Of a DNA stretch of 64,000 bases, positions 1 to 12,444 are shown one piece after another. The position numbers were made by a program, and so were the translations under genes. The stretch is from assembly GCA_977018835.1 (NCBI GenBank), contig OZ361258.1, forward strand, positions 3,844,001-3,908,000. Direction: 5' to 3'. The notes below the pieces were generated by a model that searched no databases, had not been told where the DNA came from, and saw nothing but the letters and a program-made list of their open reading frames with translations. Source of the stretch: Minutocellus sp. GHC0000111. Its lineage: Eukaryota. Every line of letters begins with the position of its first letter. Positions within the stretch are counted from its first letter, which is position 1.

Positions 1-1537
1 ATGGTGGGATATGTTGAGGGGGACGATGAAAGGGGAGAAGAGAAGGTCCAGCATGTAGTGACTGCTGAAGAGATGGCCACCGTTGTGCGACTACCTACTG
101 CAGCCGAGGCTGCTGCAGCTGCAGCGGCTCAGCAAGGACCCGATGCGCGTCAAATGGCAGCAGAAGCCACCAAAAAGATACGAACGTTCTTTGGCATTGT
201 CAACGCCGAAGAGGACGAAAAGCCGACCATTCATCTGACAAAGGCCGAGGCGGTTGATGCTCTCAAACATGAGAATGAGATGGATGATGATCTGGCTCCC
301 AATACTGCCATTCGCGTCGAGGCACTACTTCGACTGACATTCAAGGATCTATTGGCCGAGGGTCATCTCTTCAATGCTCCAATCTACACCGACATCAAAA
401 CTACTCACGATGACGATGATGAAATGTGGTGCGAACTCTCTGTCATGATCAAAGGCGCATCAATTGGTTTGGTATTGGATCGGTTAGAGCGGATAGGAGT
501 TGGAAGTAGTGTGGGCACATTATCGATATATAAGGCAGAGCTCTGTCGGACTGCGTACGACAATGGAAAGCCTACCGATGCCCTATCGCAACGAGATGCC
601 CCCAAGGCTCCTGCCCCTGGAGGAGGTGCCAAAGATGGTGCCGATTCCAAAGTGAACAAATCGGAGCAGGGCACCAACAAAGCCGCTGTCCCAGGAGGAG
701 AAGCTGGAGAAGCACAAGCCAAAAATATCGAAGCTGCCCGGGCCGAGTGGAAGAATGCAGCGAGTCGTCTCCGAGTGGAGCAGGTAAAAGAGCAGATCGT
801 TGAGCAGTCTGTGCTGTCACTCGACTTTCTCGCTCTGCTTTTTTTCGCTTCCATATTGGCAGGAATCGGTCTAATTACTGACTCTACTGTTGTAATTGTT
901 GCCAGCATGTTGGTGTCCCCAATCATGGGTCCTGTTATGGGCATGGTGCGTAACCAATTTGATCTTTTTTGTTCAATAATAATATTGATGGTTGTTCGCT
1001 TCGTACCTCACTTCTCGCAACCGTCTCTTTCACTTCATAATATCACACACACAACAATTCTGTAGACATTCGGTGCCAGAGTAAATGATTGGGCGCTAGC
1101 CAAGTCCTCGTCGATTAATGAAGTTGTGGCATTACTCATTTCTGTGGCAATCGGTGGTGCAATTGGATTTACATCATCTTTCAGCAGTGGCGCTGAGGAT
1201 TGGCCAACAAATGAGATGCTGTCGCGAGGCGAACCAATGGGCCTTGTTACGGGTATATGCATTGCTATTCCGAGCGGCATGGGCGTTGCCTTGTCCATAC
1301 TGGGCAACAATACGGCATCTCTTGTCGGCGTCGCTATTTCGGCGTCGCTGTTGCCTCCAGCCGTAAACTCGGGCATCTGTTGGGCGCATGCGATCTTGGT
1401 CCGAGCTGGAGCGGTGTCCTATGCGAATACTGCGGATTTTAATTTCGCCCAGATTGGCGGAATCTCCTTCTTGCTTACGGTGGTGAATATTGTATGCATT
1501 TGGATCGCTGGAATGGCCATGTTTGCCATCAAGGAAG
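1..1537 (+). CDS. DUF389-type multi-pass membrane protein; exons 1-945 and 1066-1537, 3' exon not found
   Basis: Hydrophobic motifs 'DSTVVIVASMLVSPIMGP' and 'SLVGVAISASLLPPAVNSG'. Intron GTGCGT 946..TAG 1065 restores the frame (MGM|TFGAR). A second donor GTAAGT lies at 1538. Confidence 0.8.
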
Positions 1538-1599
1538 GTAAGTTTATTCCTAAACAGCACATCTGAAGTCGTTCAAATACATGGGTCAATATTCGACAA

Positions 1600-2179
1600 G
1601 GCGCTGCTACGGCGAATTTTCGTGTCGGGGGAAGAGGCGAGAAAGCGACTTATTAGACGCGTCATGATAAAAATCTTGGCTGCACAGCTACAGCCAGACG
1701 AATTCACCAGATTTACTTGGGCCACAGCGGGAGATAGTGCCGCTGCCGGTCACGGCAATCGATCCGGACAGAGTTACACAACCGTAATGGAAATGACAGT
1801 GCGCGATGCTTTTTCATCTGTGGGAGTCAATTTCGTTTCTCGAAATCACGGCATGAGGGGCGTGGTTTCCACACCCGAGCTTGCTTTCTGTAATGAGGCA
1901 GTCTATGGCAAGGACGTGGACGTTTTGAATTGGGATTTCACTGTGACGGAGGCAAGAGATGCTCACCGAATCATGCTTTGGACTGCAAGGACAGCTGCGC
2001 ATCCACAGAAACCTATCATGTTTATGCAGGACTCTCCGACATCAGCAGGGCGGTGGGATTTGGTTTCGCATTTCGAAGACTACGGACTTGCTCCATTCCT
2101 CATGGATACTGATGCTTTTGGTTTGTTGCAAGAAATTCTTCCCGATTTCACGGACAAAAATGAGCTGCTGCGAAAATAA
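1600..2179 (+). pseudogene. Internal fragment of an SGNH/GDSL-like uncharacterised algal protein
   Basis: 'FTWATAGDSAAAGHGN...SY' resembles SGNH block I, followed by 'NHGMRG' and 'DVLNWDF'. No credible start codon or signal peptide, and the frame ends early. Confidence 0.55.
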
Positions 2180-2403
2180 TGGGAAAGTACATGAAAACAG
2201 TGCTTGATCTTCCTTTTGCCATTTCGGCAACGACTCCAGCAGTTTGATCAGAGTCTTCGTGCAACATCGCACAGAGAGTTTGATATCTATTCTTAAGCTT
2301 TAGATCTAATCATGATATCGTGATATGTCTACCTTCGATCAATCATCACCGATAGTAAGAGAGTTGCAGAGCTCTCCGTGTGCAGAGTGCCATGTGAATT
2401 CAT

Positions 2404-5400
2404 TTATGAGCACAACTGAGACTGCATCTCATGGACAATCTGACCCAAAGATGCAACATTCTCTACGACGAATTTCTTGTCTTTTGCCAACTCATCCTCA
2501 AGTTTTCTCGTCGCTGGATAGTGCTCGCCTGTAATAAGCTCAAGCTTATCGGGCCGTTGCCAAAATTGGCCCATCGTGGATTTCAATTCATGGCACCCAT
2601 CAAACACCTGACGACGACCAAACACATAGAGGCCCAGACGAGCACGAGACACAGCAACGACCAAACGACGCACATCTCTCAGGTGACCGACGGCATTGGT
2701 CCTGACAAGAGACAAAAGGATATAGTCGTTCTGCTGACCCTGGTAGTGATCGACTCTTGACACGGCACCCGGTCGAACACCCGCCAGTGGTGTCCCGGGG
2801 CCGCACCGTTGGTTGATGATGTCGTCCAGTAATGCCTTCTGGCCGTTGTAAGTGGTAAGGATGGATATCTTTTCCGCCGGTATGCCAACGAGGACCATGA
2901 ATTGGAACAACGCCACGACATATTCGGCCTCCCCCATGTTTTGATAAAAGTAGGCAGTAGGAGTACTCTCTCCTCGGCCTTCAAAATCTTCGACGTTGAT
3001 GAATTGGTAGGTATGCGCAAAACCAGTATTGGCCACCTGAAAATTGGGGCGAGAGAGGACGTTGTCCAGATCACCCAAATCGCGGTAGCGCCAGCTGTAG
3101 AGCTTGGCGATATCTGCGCGCGCACGTCCTTGCCAGTTGAGGTCGATAGAGGGCACGCCATGACGAATGAGCCTTGTAAACAGGCTTTGGTCCAGATGAC
3201 TGAACTTGGAGAAGGATTGGTTCTTGACGACGGGAGGGAGCTGATGATGATCGCCGATTAGGCAAACTCGCTTGAGCCTTGTCGCTGATGAGGATGCGCC
3301 GTCGGACTCTCCCTTCTGCAGGAGAAGAGGAATGACAGTCTCGACGTCCAGCATCTGCCCCGCTTCCTCCATAATAACATTATCGTACTGAAATCCCAAC
3401 TCAATCAGATGAGACCTTACAATAGCAGCATGTGTACAGGTCATGGCAACAATTCTGGCCTGCTTTGTGAGAAGATAGTCGGTGCGCTGTCGCTGGGAAC
3501 GTAGGAGTTCAAGAGGACGATACTCAGCAAGCTCCGTGAATACTTCTTCAAGTTCCGCAAACATTTTCCGGGCATCCTCTAGAGACAAATTAGTTTCGTC
3601 GTCCATACCAAAGTAGGTCTTGAATGGAAAGGCTTGAATAAGGTTGGCAGTATCGGAGCTCTGGATCCCTTTCTCGAACATCTGGACCCTCTTTTGAACG
3701 TGATGTAGATTGAAGTACTCGGCAGTCTCGCAAGTATACGACGGACTGCCGTCAGGACCGCGTTCTGATCGTCCACTGACGCCAAGTGCCTCCGACATGA
3801 GCTGAACCTTTTCGAGCAATGCCGCCCTTCTCGACAAAATATGCGCTACTCGGCCCTGTTTCGTGAAGTCGTGTTCCGAATCAGTCTTGAGGTCCCTTTC
3901 GCCAGATCCAAGTCGGAGGAGATAACGCTCATCGACATCGCCCCTGGCCATAACCTTCTCGAAAAGATCGTTCAGGGCAGCATTGGAATGGGTCACCAAC
4001 ACAGTCCGTTGCGTAGGGAAGGATTGATAAATATTGGCAATGATTTGGACCGCAACGTCGGTTTTACCTATGATAATAACGGAGAGATCAGAGTACGGGA
4101 GAGACATGTGAGCAAACAGAAAAGAATCATGTGATCAGAAGACGAACACCCTAAACTGTACGTGAATAGAATGACATACCTGTTCCGGGAGGACCGACAA
4201 TCAGAGTAAGGCCGGGGGACAATCCTGATCGAATGGCTTCTACCTGCCGAGGGGTAAAACGCACTGGATTGCCAGGAAGGCCGGCGGGGTGAGGATAAGA
4301 CGTTGCCTCGACGACCCTATTCTCAGATGCTATATCTCCCGTTACCTTGATTCGATAGCGCTTCCGATCGGTGGCGTCCTTTTCTTTCTTGTCCGATCCA
4401 TCGACAAGGACCTTGCAGCCAGGAAATGAGCTGCGTAAGTGATTGGCGTCCAAGAAGGTGTCTCCGTAATCCAAGGCCGCATCGGGAGATGTGACCCCCG
4501 CCGTCTTACGAGCGAAGTCTCTCATATTGCGTGACTCAAACGAAGCAGCGCTTGGATCGCCTACGCCAAGCAGCGTGGGTTGAAGCCATTGGGGGATGGA
4601 ACGATGGACCGATCCAGTGCCTTCAAGCATACTGCGAATGGTCTCGAGCACTGACCTGAAATTGTTTTCACGGCCGTGACGCCGAACCAGGAGATTCATG
4701 GTCTCGTATACGCTGGTACCTGCTGGTGACCCCCTACCGGTTGCATCCAGAGCATACTGCGCTGCATCCAGAGAGACGCGCAAAATGCGCTTGGTTCCCT
4801 TTGGTCCAGTAGGAGCCGCCTCTTGGTCATTGCCGTTCTCTGGCTGCTGTTGCCATGCAAGGGCAGGATCGGTCAGGACTGTTCCTTTCTGATCACGAAC
4901 CTCAAGGACCATGCAACCTCGAACGGCAGTGACGCCAAATCGTCGGGGGAATGTAACATCCTCCTCATCGGGAACCCTTCGCTCCTTGGCATCTGGCTTC
5001 TTTCCAACGAATCCATGGTTTGATTCCATGATAGGCGCAGGCTCACCCGACATGCGCGTTGCATCAATAGAAAGCAAGAAAAGGTTATCGAATTCTCCGA
5101 TTTCATCCCACTCCTTTCGGATCTGATCACCGCAGTGCTTCAGATCGATAGTAACCTCCGCAATGACCTCAGCTGGCATCGTCTTGCCAAGTTCAGGCGG
5201 TGATACCCTTCGTAGACGGACTGGCTCGGCCAGCTCAATGCCCATCCGAGCCCACCCCTGGAAGGAGGTTTTGTCCCAAGCGGATGACCCTCCAGTTGCA
5301 GAAAGAGAGGCGTCTCCACCGTAACCAGCATCGTCGTAGCTCCTCTTCATCGAAGGCCTCATCCTCTTGACGACATCCACAAGGTCAGATCGGATCCCAT

Positions 5401-7369
5401 ATGCCGACTCCAGCCGCAGTAGCTTGAAGCAGCGGAGCAAGTAATCTGCGTGTGTCAGGAAGGAAACATTGAGCTTTGGCAAAGCCAAAACCGGTGTTGA
5501 GTGCCTTCCGACATGGCCCGGGGGGGCTAGGTGGGGATTCCAAAGCAACGACTCGTCGGGATAGAGCGGCAATGACGTCAGAATAGACGATCCCGTCGGA
5601 GCATATGCGTGGTGCTGAAGAAGAACCGACGTCAAAAGGGACCGAACTCGGGCATCCTCTTTGGTACCATTTCCCATTCCCTCTCCCTCGATATCAACCA
5701 ACCGCAAGCGTCTGCAGAGATCTTTGAGTGTGGAAGGTTTGAGTAGATCGAGATTCTTCTTCAAAAATGCTGAATCGCAAACACGAGCAACTCCAGCGTA
5801 AATGATGTCGGAAGTGCTATCGGCGTAATGACGATGGCACAACTTTTGAAGGACATGTGCGCGCTCGTGCAGGCGGCTGGCGACCTCGTCATCTGTAAGG
5901 CTGGAACCAGTGGCATCGTCGTAGCCAAAATCAATGGCCTCAACGAGCATAGCATAAAGCTGCCGAAACAGCCGCCCAGCAGGAGTCAATGAAGTCGGGG
6001 GAAGGAAGGGGGCCGCCAGCGATAGACGGACAGCAAAGTTTCGGCTCAGCAAGTATGGCCGGACGTGACGACGGGCAGGAGGGAGGAGCAAAAGATCGGC
6101 CAACAGTTCAAGACTTCGATTCAGGAGGGCAAAGTGAGAATGGATGCGACGAGCACTGGTACCTGACCTGGTGGCACTGTTATCGGATCGACGCGAATGA
6201 GGCCGCTGGGGGTCTGGAAGAGCAGGCTCGCCTTCATCATCGGTGTCATCGTCGTCCTCCTCTTGTGCATTGTTTTCGGTACCATCAACCTCCATTGGCT
6301 TTCCCCATGCTCCATCTTCGTCGTTCCAAATAGCCTTGTCCTCCACGATGCCAAAGATAGTGTCGATAAGACGGGGCAGATAAGCAACGAGGGAGGACGA
6401 ACCATTATCATCCTCGGCCGACATTTTCTTCCAAGCACCCCATCTCCTTCGGAGCATGGCGCTCTTCTTGAGCTCCAGATCCCTGTAACGTTCCGGCATC
6501 GACTCCCATGTCCCAATGGAAGTGATTTTTGACAAACATTCGGCTAGGATAGGAGGTGGACGCTTCTTGGCGGTGGCGATTTGTCCATCCTTGGTACTGC
6601 TATTGGATGTACTGCTTGTGTCGTGGCTGCTCCGCAGATCGAGAGAGGCAAAGGCAGTGACAAAAAAGTGGACAACCTCCGTCTCATCATCGATGGACAT
6701 GTCGGCCCGGCCCAAGAGGTTGCTAACCACGAGTCCAAACGCCTGCGATTGGACCGAAGCCACCTGCTCACCATCAAGGTCACCCAAAATCTCGGCGTAG
6801 ACGTCGTCTTGATTGGTGGCCGTTGCCGAGGACGTCGTGGCAGCCACAAAGGAAAGGGCGGCCGACCCGCCGGGAGTGGAGGCCGATCCGCCACTTCCGC
6901 CGCCGCCGCTGGATGATCCCGACGCCGAGCGGCGATTGACCAAGAGGCACACCAGATGGGCAGCGCCCGACAGGGATATGTCGCTTTCGCTCTCCTTGGA
7001 CTTGGTTTCAGTGGCAGCGACGGCAGCACGGAGAAAGATGGGCCAAAGGCGCATTTCGAGCACTCCTGATTCCTCGGCGGCGTCGAGATTCCTCCGTCTC
7101 CCCTTGCCGGTGGTGCACTGCTCGTATAATTCGGCAAGGTCCATGGTCAGGACGGACGCCTTGCCGTCACTGGTGCGAGTAGTGGGGGCAGTGCTCGTGT
7201 TTGCGTCATCACCGCCAGTTGCGGCAGACCGAGGCTTCTTGGTGGTTCTCCCAGCGCCCCCAGGAGATTTGGTGGCCGAGTTGGGACGCTTGTTATTGCC
7301 ACTGCCACGACCACCACCACCACCACGGCCACCACCGCTTCCCCCGGACTTGCCACCCTTGCGAGGCAT
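2404..7369 (-). CDS. AQR: Intron-binding spliceosomal RNA helicase Aquarius (IBP160); exons 7369-4180 and 4067-2404
   Basis: Splicing the intron 4179(GTATGT)..4068(TAG) rebuilds Walker A 'GPPGTG|KT'. Other motifs: 'LALPKLN..FLT..DYLLR.F.L.RLES', 'IVAMTCTHAA', 'MEEAGQ', 'IGDHHQLPP', 'YQGQQNDY', 'VAVSRARLG'. Confidence 0.95.
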
Positions 7370-8032
7370 ATTATTTGACTATTAGCCGGCGTATCTCGTT
7401 GCCCGGGTTGGCTGGTGCTACCGGCAGTCGCCTCGGCGCGTTTCGGTGGACGCGGTGGACTGAAGATGTGTCCCTTTGGAGTATCCATGAGTATGGAAGC
7501 TTCTTGAAGCGCCAGTCGGCAGAAGTTGCCCAGTCAATTTGTGGAAATTGCTTGGAGGTCGGTTGTTGACGGATGTGTTTTGATTTGCTTGCTTTGCCGC
7601 GTGTTTTTCAAGGTGCGCGCAAACCGCCGTGTCGGAAAGTCCAAAGACCCAAAAACCCGGGTCCCCGAAATTGCTGTCCCGGACCTCGTACGACGTTAGC
7701 ATTATTGCCACCGTGCGGAAAGCGGTTGACGGTTAGACTGAATCAACTCACTAGCACTCGACTAATATTTTTGAAGCAGCAGCAGCAATGATCGTCAATG
7801 AATGCTTTGTGCGATGATTTGTTGGACATTTGAAATTTTCCCAAGGAATCGACGCTGTGACACTCGTAAGAGCCATCCGATGCACAAACCAGGAATAGAA
7901 ATTTCGTTCCGACACACCGGCACCTAACTGGAAAGCTCTTTGTAACATGTTCCCAGTCAACATTGCTGACTGAGCAACATGGCATCCCTCATCCTCTTCG
8001 GTGTTGATGGTGCCCACTCAAATGGCCTGGAC

Positions 8033-8440
8033 TGGGTGGGCCCACCCAACCAACGCATGGCGATGGGTGACACCCACCCGACACCCATCGTTACAGATGT
8101 GTGGATGGGTGGCTAGATGGGTGTGAAAATTGCCTCATCTCGAGGCCAAATTTGCACAATTTTGCACAACAGCCACCACGAACCATCAATGCCAAAATCC
8201 CCCGAAAGTGGCCACCCCAAGAGCTAGCTCAAGGTGCCCCACCATGGTGTGAACTTTTAGCAGAAGAACTCGGCTTTGCCAAAGAAAAATCTGAGTTTGA
8301 GCCTCTCATGCACCCAAAATCAGATACCCATTGCCCATGCCCGATAACCGCCACTTCAAGCATGCAAATGGGTGCCTAACCGTCTACCCACACCCATCCA
8401 GGATTCTCCTCGGGTAACACCCGACACCCACCCACCCATG
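8033..8440. repeat. Patch of GGGTG/CACCC motifs in both orientations, possible non-autonomous TE remnant
   Basis: Perfect 16-bp palindrome TGGGTGGGCCCACCCA at 8033-8048. CCGACACCCA occurs near both ends, with many GATGGGT/ACCCAT copies. Confidence 0.35.
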
Positions 8441-8560
8441 ACAAAATGTGGTCGGGTAGACAACCCTGCTTTGCAACTTTCTTTTTCAAAAGTTCGTCTT
8501 GCCATCACCCGTTTCGAGCTCTCACTCATTTTGGCCATGCTTTTGGCTCTAAAACTAACG

Positions 8561-10033
8561 ATGACGGACTCTTTACCGCCGCGATGCTTCAAGGTGGCCA
8601 TCGTTGGGGGAGGCATCACCGGTGCCTGCGCGGCATCGACTCTCCTTCGTCGTCGCGAATCGCACAGCCTCAACATTGAGGTGGATATCTTCGACCAGGG
8701 ACGGAGAGGACCTGGTGGCAGGGCCTCCCACCGACGTGCCGAAACGACGAACAACAGCACATGTAGTACCAACCAAACACAAACACAACAAGTGCGTTTC
8801 GATCATGGTTGTCAATTCTTCCGCGCCGATACTCCCAGGTTTCAGGGTCATGTGTCGGAATGGATCCAGGAAGGATTCGTCAAGGAGTGGGACGGTACCT
8901 TTGTTGCCGACGACCCTGACGAGGAAAGCTCTGCCCAGCGCGACCGTGGCTTCTTCGGGATGCCGCACAGACCACCCTTCTACGTTGGTTCGGATGGGAT
9001 GAATTCGGTCGTTGAGGGCGTGCTGGACAATTGTGGTTGTGATGAGGATGCGCTTTGCGTTCATCGAGGAACGAGGGTGGCCAACATGGAACGCAACCCG
9101 AGGACTGGCAGATGGTGTCTGTATGGGACCAGCGGAGAGATTGCTTTTCATGACACGCCCGAGGAGAAGGTTGCGGCCGCAGCGGCCTCCGACAAAGGAC
9201 AGACATTGGGTCGAACCCCCAATCGCGAGTACGATGTTGTCATCCTCACTGACGTCTCGTCGTCTTTCGGCTCGTGGCACCGTGCATCAGCGGGAGTTCC
9301 AGAAGACTTTGCCTGTAAAGTTCGCGAAAGAGTTGGGGCACGAGTTCCACTCTTCACGGCCATGGTGGCCTTCGAATCTCGTTTGAATGTGCCCTTTGAT
9401 GCCGTTTCATTTGCAAAGAACGATACCATCTGGTTCGCTGCCCGATCATCGTCCAAGCCAGGTCTTGCAGTTGGTGGGGACGATGATGCATGCGATTGCT
9501 GGACCATCGTATCAACTCCGGAATATGCCTTGGCAAAGATTGAGGAAACGCCGATGCAGGATGCCAAGACGGGAGCATTCATTCCGCAGTCTCCCTTGTA
9601 TCTTACCAGTGTTCCTGGACCCGACTTGGAGAAAGCTTTTCGCGATGCAGTTACAGATTCAAATGGTTTTCTCGGCCGAGACGGTGCAGCTGCTTTGGAG
9701 AAGGATGAAATGCCGAGGACGCTGTACGTGGATGCACAACGATGGGGATCAGCCTTGCCTTGTCACCGAGGCCTGGACACGGAATCACCAACGAGAAAAG
9801 TAATATCTGGAGTTGCGTACGATGGCGGGCGAATGTCATTGGCCCCGACCAGAGTCAAAGAAAGGATTGGACGGGGAGATGACGATGATGGTGCAAACTT
9901 TCTCGCAGACGATGATCTCGGTTTAATCCAGGCGGGTGATATGGTCTCGATCTACACTCCGGGCTTTGAAGGGGCTGCTTTGTCGGGCATCGATGCTGCC
10001 GAGCATGTACTTAGTTCGCTTGCTAAGGTTTAG
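8561..10033 (+). CDS. Renalase-like FAD/NAD(P)-dependent oxidoreductase (start 8561 or 8537)
   Basis: Rossmann motif 'VAIVGGGITG', then 'FDQGRRGPGGRASHRR', 'FDHGCQFF', 'AQRWGSALP' and 'AGD...GFEGAALSG..AA'. Confidence 0.85.
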   Translation: MTDSLPPRCFKVAIVGGGITGACAASTLLRRRESHSLNIEVDIFDQGRRGPGGRASHRRAETTNNSTCSTNQTQTQQVRFDHGCQFFRADTPRFQGHVSEWIQEGFVKEWDGTFVADDPDEESSAQRDRGFFGMPHRPPFYVGSDGMNSVVEGVLDNCGCDEDALCVHRGTRVANMERNPRTGRWCLYGTSGEIAFHDTPEEKVAAAAASDKGQTLGRTPNREYDVVILTDVSSSFGSWHRASAGVPEDFACKVRERVGARVPLFTAMVAFESRLNVPFDAVSFAKNDTIWFAARSSSKPGLAVGGDDDACDCWTIVSTPEYALAKIEETPMQDAKTGAFIPQSPLYLTSVPGPDLEKAFRDAVTDSNGFLGRDGAAALEKDEMPRTLYVDAQRWGSALPCHRGLDTESPTRKVISGVAYDGGRMSLAPTRVKERIGRGDDDDGANFLADDDLGLIQAGDMVSIYTPGFEGAALSGIDAAEHVLSSLAKV

Positions 10034-10303
10034 AGTTCATTTCTACTAGACTAGATCTATTCTTCTACATGTACATATGTATCGCGGTTTTCGAGCGAGC
10101 ATGGGCGTGCTGCCGCCGCCGGCCGCGCGCGCCGCGCGCTGCTGACCCCAGACTCGTACGTACGTAGCAAGGAACATATGCCACGCCAAACGGCTATCGC
10201 TACAGACCTCCACCACACCACATCCCGAGAGAGCCCGAAGGAGGCAGCATACCAGCACCGGGATAGACACCAGCACGCAAGCCACAAAGCACTAGTGGCC
10301 ACC

Positions 10304-11392
10304 ATGACTTCCATCGCATCGGCACTGGCCGCCTTGGTCACTGCCAGTCTCCTTTTATTCGCATCGGCATTCTCTTCAACAGCCTCATCTCTTGCATCTA
10401 CCGCAAAAAAGCAACAACCAGTCGGCAACATATTGATTCTTGACCATCTCAACATAAATCACGAAAAGGGTCGGCATGACCTCCTCAAGGCATTCTACTT
10501 TGACTTCTTGCAGTGCGCCGTCGATCCGCGAAAGGAAGAGAATATTGCCAAGGGGAGCAAAACTCTGTGGGCGAATGTTGGTGCTTCGCAGTTCCATTTG
10601 CCGGAAGGAAAACCCGATGCGCAAGTGTTTGACGGGCTTATTACGCTGAGCTATCCCAACCTGGACGGGCTCAGAGAGCGATACGAGGACGAAACCATTC
10701 GTTCCATATTGGATGGGACCAAATTCCATGTGGAAGACAATGGAAAGAATGAAATGCTCATCTCGGATCCCTGGGGAAGCCAATTCAAAATTGTTGCGAA
10801 GGAACAAGGCAAGAAAGATGAAAGGGGAGTCCAAAAGGGCGAACCGAGTGAGGGCTTATCCATGCCTGATTTGACCGTCTACGTTCCACCGGGGAGTAAT
10901 TTCGCCGGCATTGGTCGGTTCTACGAAGTTGTATTGGGCGCTCCAACCCTGGAATGTGATGATGATGCCTATTGTTCTATTTCGGTCGGACCTGGCCAAA
11001 CACTGACTTTTGCCGCCCACCCCGATGGCTCGGAGGCAAACATTTGCCACGACAATCTGCGGGACGAGGGTGAGATCGAAGGCAAGCCGCATTATCTGAG
11101 CAACTACGGACCTCATATTTCGATGTATGTTTCCGATCTCAGGAAATGCTACAACAAGGCCAATGAGCTTGGCTTGTGCTACGTCAACCCACGGTTCAAA
11201 AGACGATCCTACACAGTTGAGGAGGCCGTCGATGAATGCATGTTCCGATGTCTGGATATCGTCGATCCGGACGATGTCGACGCTGGGCCAATACTGAAAC
11301 TGGAGCACGAGATACGATCTGTTGTCAAGAGAGACGGTTCAAAGTACAAGAGTTGCCCTTTTGACGACATCCCTGAAGGGTGCGTTGTATAA
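10304..11392 (+). CDS. Glyoxalase/VOC-fold-like protein, probably plastid-targeted
   Basis: Signal peptide ending 'FASAFSS'. Core motifs 'LDHLNIN', 'FYFDFL', 'WANVGASQFHLP', 'DPWG', 'GPHISMYV', 'LEHEIRS'. Confidence 0.7.
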   Translation: MTSIASALAALVTASLLLFASAFSSTASSLASTAKKQQPVGNILILDHLNINHEKGRHDLLKAFYFDFLQCAVDPRKEENIAKGSKTLWANVGASQFHLPEGKPDAQVFDGLITLSYPNLDGLRERYEDETIRSILDGTKFHVEDNGKNEMLISDPWGSQFKIVAKEQGKKDERGVQKGEPSEGLSMPDLTVYVPPGSNFAGIGRFYEVVLGAPTLECDDDAYCSISVGPGQTLTFAAHPDGSEANICHDNLRDEGEIEGKPHYLSNYGPHISMYVSDLRKCYNKANELGLCYVNPRFKRRSYTVEEAVDECMFRCLDIVDPDDVDAGPILKLEHEIRSVVKRDGSKYKSCPFDDIPEGCVV

Positions 11393-11669
11393 GTGGAAAT
11401 GGGTACCGTATGTATGCGCCATCGGCATCGGAGCATTGCGAAATAGGCTTAGCATTACTTTAGCAGCTAGCGGATTTTCTATTCTTACACGCAACAAATA
11501 GGTCTATGTGCTTCTATGCGCGACATGAAAATACATGAGATGATGCAACTGGTTGTGCAGTGCATGCCAAATATGTACAGGTTGCTTGGCATGCACTTTG
11601 CGTTTTAGCGATAGCGATAGCAATAGCGGGTAGCGATTAGCGAGGATGCGGTAGCAGGATTACCTCTTT

Positions 11670-12444
11670 TTAGAATGACAAGTGGATGAGCCGTGGGATG
11701 ACGCCCAATGCACGTCCCGCCGCTCGTCGAATGGCACGAATTGGGCGGCGTTTCTGTGCTTGTGGCTCTTCGTGAGATGTGGCGGCATTGGAAATAAGGC
11801 TGGCATCGCTGGCCTCCAGGATGTCAACGGCAGAGGGCCAATCCAACGACGGAGACGAGAAAGAATATTCCCCGGCAAAGGAGCTGTATTTGCAGTGGGA
11901 ATTAGAGAAAGAACGAAAAAGATGTGTTGTGAGATTGAATGTCTGTTTGGCAGGGCAATGGCGGTAACGACATTGCTATTTGACACGTAGTGTTCTTTGA
12001 TGTCAATTTTTGTTCTCGCTACTTTTGACATCCAGCACAAGCACAAGCACAAGCACAAACAAAACAAGGCAACGACGCCCAAACATGGATTCTTGGCACC
12101 ACGGCTGGAGGATACGAAGGCGTGACTTACTCTTCGTCGTATGCTGGAAGCCGCGCTTTTGGGTCGACGCAGCTTTCGTACCAGATGGCACCGTTGTCGC
12201 CTGCATTGAATTCAAGCTTGGGCACTGGAAGGGTGAATGTCATCGATAGAGGTGTCAAGGCATTTGAGGTCTTTGTTCTGGATGTCATTGCCGTAGCAGA
12301 CCGAAATGACTTGCTACCGGTATTGGCGATAAACGAAAATGCAACTGACGGCTGGAGGAGAAGACCAATGATGACCGTTACTGCCACGATGGGAAGCGGT
12401 ACCGCCGATCGAGATTGTTTTCTCATTGTAGTTGATGTCGTCAT
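11670..12444 (-). CDS. Small hypothetical protein with signal peptide; exons 12444-12131 and 11883-11670
   Basis: 'LLLQPSVAFS' resembles a signal cleavage site. Intron 12130(GTAAGT)..11884(CAG) gives an open second exon ending 'RRPIRAIRRAAGRALGVIPRLIHLSF*'. Confidence 0.6.

Noticed and set aside
7751..8017. 88-aa minus-strand ORF upstream of AQR
   Set aside because: Non-ATG start and no motif. AQR already has a good ATG at 7369.
11606..12059. Short repeats (TAGCGA)n at ~11606-11643 and (AGCACA)4 at ~12034-12057 as CRISPR or telomere
   Set aside because: Simple microsatellites with no spacers or cas genes, located internally.
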